From contig NC_042997.1 of assembly GCF_006345805.1 (NCBI RefSeq), positions 113,956,001 through 114,020,000 of the forward strand: a stretch of 64,000 nt of DNA. Reading direction: 5' to 3'. The stretch is from Octopus sinensis. Taxonomy: Eukaryota. The position numbers and the translations under genes are program-made. This document shows, one piece after another, positions 60,831 through 64,000 of the stretch. Position 1 is the first letter of the stretch; every line of letters begins with the position of its first letter. Under the pieces are notes generated by a model. It saw only the letters and a list, made by a program, of their open reading frames with translations, had not been told where the DNA came from and did not search any database.

Positions 60831-62686
60831 TAATGTTGACAAAATTTAGAGGAATTGTGGATCGTTTCCCTCTACACTGCATCCGCGACTGTTACCACCA
60901 ATCACAACTTGGAACAATTTCCACTTTTTTTTTTTTAATAACATGTATGTTTGAAATAGTCAACAGTTTTGAAAACGTATTTCTGCAAAATGTCGTTTAA
61001 ACATTTATATTTTAAAGTGAGTTTTGAGCAATCGGGAAGAGGAAAAAAAAAAAAAAGGATCCGAAATTCTGTCAAAAGATGTTATCAACACACTCGTAAT
61101 CTCCACCCTCGGAAGCGAATCTCTGAAAAATTTCATTAAAAAAAAACATGTAAGCGCAGTCGCGGCTGTGTGGTAAGGTTTGTGAGTGGATTTGGTAGAC
61201 GAAAACTGAAAGTCTGCCGTATATAAGTGTGTGTGTGTGTGAGTCATTGTGTCCCCAACTACCGTGTAACAACCGGTGTTGGTCTGTTTACGTCCTCGTA
61301 TCTTTGCGGTTCGGCAAAAGCGACCGATTGAATAATTACTAGGCTTAAAAAAAGTATAAGGATTAATTCGTTCGATTAACATACTTCAGGGCGGTACCCC
61401 AACATGACCGCTGTCAAATGATTGAAACAGGTATGAAGATAAAAGGGAAAGAAGAGGAAATAAAGTCGGGGAAATGGCACCAATCTGTTGTTAATACCAA
61501 AGGTTTTATCTTGTCATGCTCATATCACTGATTTTGAATCACGTTAAAAATACAAGTGTCTAAGGAATACTCAGCCACTTGCATGTTATTTTAACGAGTC
61601 GGACGTTTAGATGACCGAACGACTGAATGCTCGTCGTCGACACCAACAAAAGATCCATCGGTATTACTTAAGAAGACTAGTCAATCCTACAACGACTACC
61701 TAGCAAACTAAATAAAACACAAAATAAGGATCGACTAGTCACGACTAGCTAGCGCGGATGCGCACACCGGGACCACTCTTCTTAAGTAGTACCAGATCTA
61801 TCTTTACTTCTCTGAGAATACCGTAGTTATGCGTTTGTACATGGATAGCAGAGCAATCTTGTACTTCAACGGCGTAAAAAGTATTATTCCCCTTTGATGA
61901 GATAGAGTGGAGGAGCTTGTTAATATTTTTTATGTATTTACTTATTTAACGAGTACTTTGTGTATTGACAATTATAGCACAATAGAAAATGTACTTTGAA
62001 CTCTACAAGCTAAAACATTTATGTATTACATTAAAGAAAGAAAAAGAAAGGTCGATGGTTTATTCTTTAAAATATTTTTATTCGCATTCCCACCTTCGAA
62101 TAGAAAGTTAAATATAAAAATATATTAGTGAATTAAAACTAATGTGATGATTACTGCAGTTATTATATGTATAGAGATTATATTTGAAGAAAAATGTAAA
62201 AGTCATCGAAATGCTCAATGCTTTTTTTTTTTAATTCAATTTGTCTACTTCAGTCAGATAAGGGAATAACAGATAAGAAATAGTGGTGAGTGCATGCACA
62301 CACACAAACACACGTATATATACGCACACATATCTCGGGTCTAAAAGCTGTTTTGTTAATCCACGAAAAAAAAAAACAACTGATAAAACAAAGTCTTTTT
62401 AACATTATGAATTCATTCGTCAGAGATACACAGGAATTTTTGGCAATCCTTGAGTTTATGTCTACACCATCACCTTACTAGCAAGCAGCTGCTTTTGTGA
62501 TGTTTGACGGCTTCTTTACGCTTCATCGTTTTGAGGTTAATAAAATAAAGTACCAGTCAAGTACTGGGTTCGATGGTATCAATTAATTCCTTCCTATCAA
62601 AATTGCTGGCCTTGTGTCTGCCTTAAATCAACCGAAATCGAATGTCAGGTGAAAGGGAAAATAGAAACATTAAGTCAAGGGTGGCC

Positions 62687-62745
<59 letters not shown>

Positions 62746-63102
62746 GATATCTTACAAAGACAGAGACTGAAGAGATATATAAACAAAAATGTTGTTTATT
62801 AATTCTGTATAACTGATAAAATTATAACAATTCAATGAAAGTAGCACAAAACAAATGAACATGAAGACACTGCAAATAAGAAAAAACAAAAATGACTTCG
62901 ATTTTTATGTAGAACGACAAATTGTGTTACATTAAATATCACCAGAATTGGTGCAGTTCAGAGAACATTAAGAAAATGCCAAAATTTACAAATCAAATGT
63001 GATAATGTTAATTAAACAATAAGTTTTCTTTTTCTAAACAGAACACTGAATTGAATCTACATGACAATTCATTTTAGATTTTCACAAATGGAAGTTGTAC
63101 GT

Positions 63103-64000
63103 TTAAAAGATAAATGGGATAATGGCCTTACGCTTTTTTGGATAGTTTTTGAATTCTTTCCTGCTGTTAGAGAGTTTGGCGCGGGCCCAGACGGCCATCT
63201 GATACAAACCGGCAAGAGCAAAAAGTTGAGCAGGTAAGCACTGGGTCATTATAGAAAAGGATTGCCAGGCAATATATTCATAGGTGTAGTTAGGACAGGC
63301 TACCAAGCTAAACAGCCAAGTAAAAGGATTTGTTCCGGGATATGGGATCATACGAACTTTGGAATTTTTCGGTCGTAAGTTTCTGAATGCGAGGTGAATA
63401 GAAAAGTTTCCAAGTTCAGCCAGAATGAATCCAGTCAAAGCGCCATAGATTTGTAGGTCGCCAAACATTGGGGGTGTGTAGAGAGGATGGTTCACGTAGT
63501 AAGCGACGAAAGCAGCGAAACCCCAGTAGTAAAACGAATTCTTAAAGATGTTACGAATTGGCATGGTTGCATGAGAGAAACGGTGTACGAATAGGGTTTC
63601 CAATAAACGTTTGACAAAATGGAATATATAGCAACCGGCAGCAAGGTTCACGACAAAATCTTTCGGATCATTAGCAGCATCAACATCATAGATGAATGAA
63701 GGACGCATGTAAAATATAGCGTAAATGACAGGAGGACCAGCATATTCAGTTAGGAAGACTGTTGTCCATCCTACTTGTGGACCAAGGTCTTTAAAATAGA
63801 GGACAGCCTTTTTATCAAACCCTAAAGTCGATAAAGTTTCCTCGTCGCGTAAAATTCTCCCGCGTGGTTCTTTGCGGAATGAATGTCTTGCCAGAGAAAG
63901 TTTGGAATTAAGCTTCTTATATTCAAGTTTAACATCATGGATTGTTGATGACTGTTTCAGTGAACTAAAAGAAATAATACTTTTCCCGGTTTTGGCATTA
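63103..64000 (-). CDS. TECR: Very-long-chain enoyl-CoA reductase (TECR-like, steroid 5-alpha-reductase family); intron-free in window, runs off the right edge
   Basis: Frame stays open from the window edge to TAA at 63103 (about 299 codons, longer than the ORF-track entry): NAKTGK...YFKDLGPQVGWTTVFLTEYAGP...HFVKRLLETLFVHRFSHATMPIRNIFKNSFYYWGF...CPNYTYE...YPKKRKAIIPFIF*. Only about 8 N-terminal residues appear to be missing. Confidence 0.95.
   Translation of the reverse strand, partial: NAKTGKSIISFSSLKQSSTIHDVKLEYKKLNSKLSLARHSFRKEPRGRILRDEETLSTLGFDKKAVLYFKDLGPQVGWTTVFLTEYAGPPVIYAIFYMRPSFIYDVDAANDPKDFVVNLAAGCYIFHFVKRLLETLFVHRFSHATMPIRNIFKNSFYYWGFAAFVAYYVNHPLYTPPMFGDLQIYGALTGFILAELGNFSIHLAFRNLRPKNSKVRMIPYPGTNPFTWLFSLVACPNYTYEYIAWQSFSIMTQCLPAQLFALAGLYQMAVWARAKLSNSRKEFKNYPKKRKAIIPFIF

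Noticed and set aside
62880-63102. Poly(A) remnant or TSD proving TECR retrotransposition
   Set aside because: Only short A/T runs typical of AT-rich UTRs; the 5' flank is outside the window.

Overview
AT-rich, repeat-dense eukaryotic DNA. The repeat families suggest a coleoid cephalopod, probably Octopus; this is inference from recalled repeat sequence, not a database search. The + strand carries 29 GT-AG coding exons (2144-55476, 3090 nt, 1029 aa plus stop, phases consistent throughout) of a HECT E3 ligase orthologous to UBE3B; its first coding exon appears to lie upstream of the window. Converging on it from the right edge is an intron-free ORF for trans-2,3-enoyl-CoA reductase (TECR-like, - strand, 63103 to beyond 64000). 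The introns hold several SINE families, a frameshifted CR1-type LINE spanning all of ORF2, RTE and R4-like fragments, piggyBac/Tigger-like and long foldback MITEs, Helitron ends and microsatellites. The most striking signal is three short insertions (21081-21523, 28633-29039, 47081-47433). Each has a 12-13 bp target-site duplication and two inverted copies of a hammerhead-ribozyme-like module with 3' ends pointing outward, as in Penelope-type elements. Two carry a tRNA-derived Pol III head, making them candidate ribozyme-bearing SINEs. The third folds into a complete minimal hammerhead whose core has the C3-G8 pair swapped to G3-C8. All folds and alignments were done by eye; none was computed or tested.
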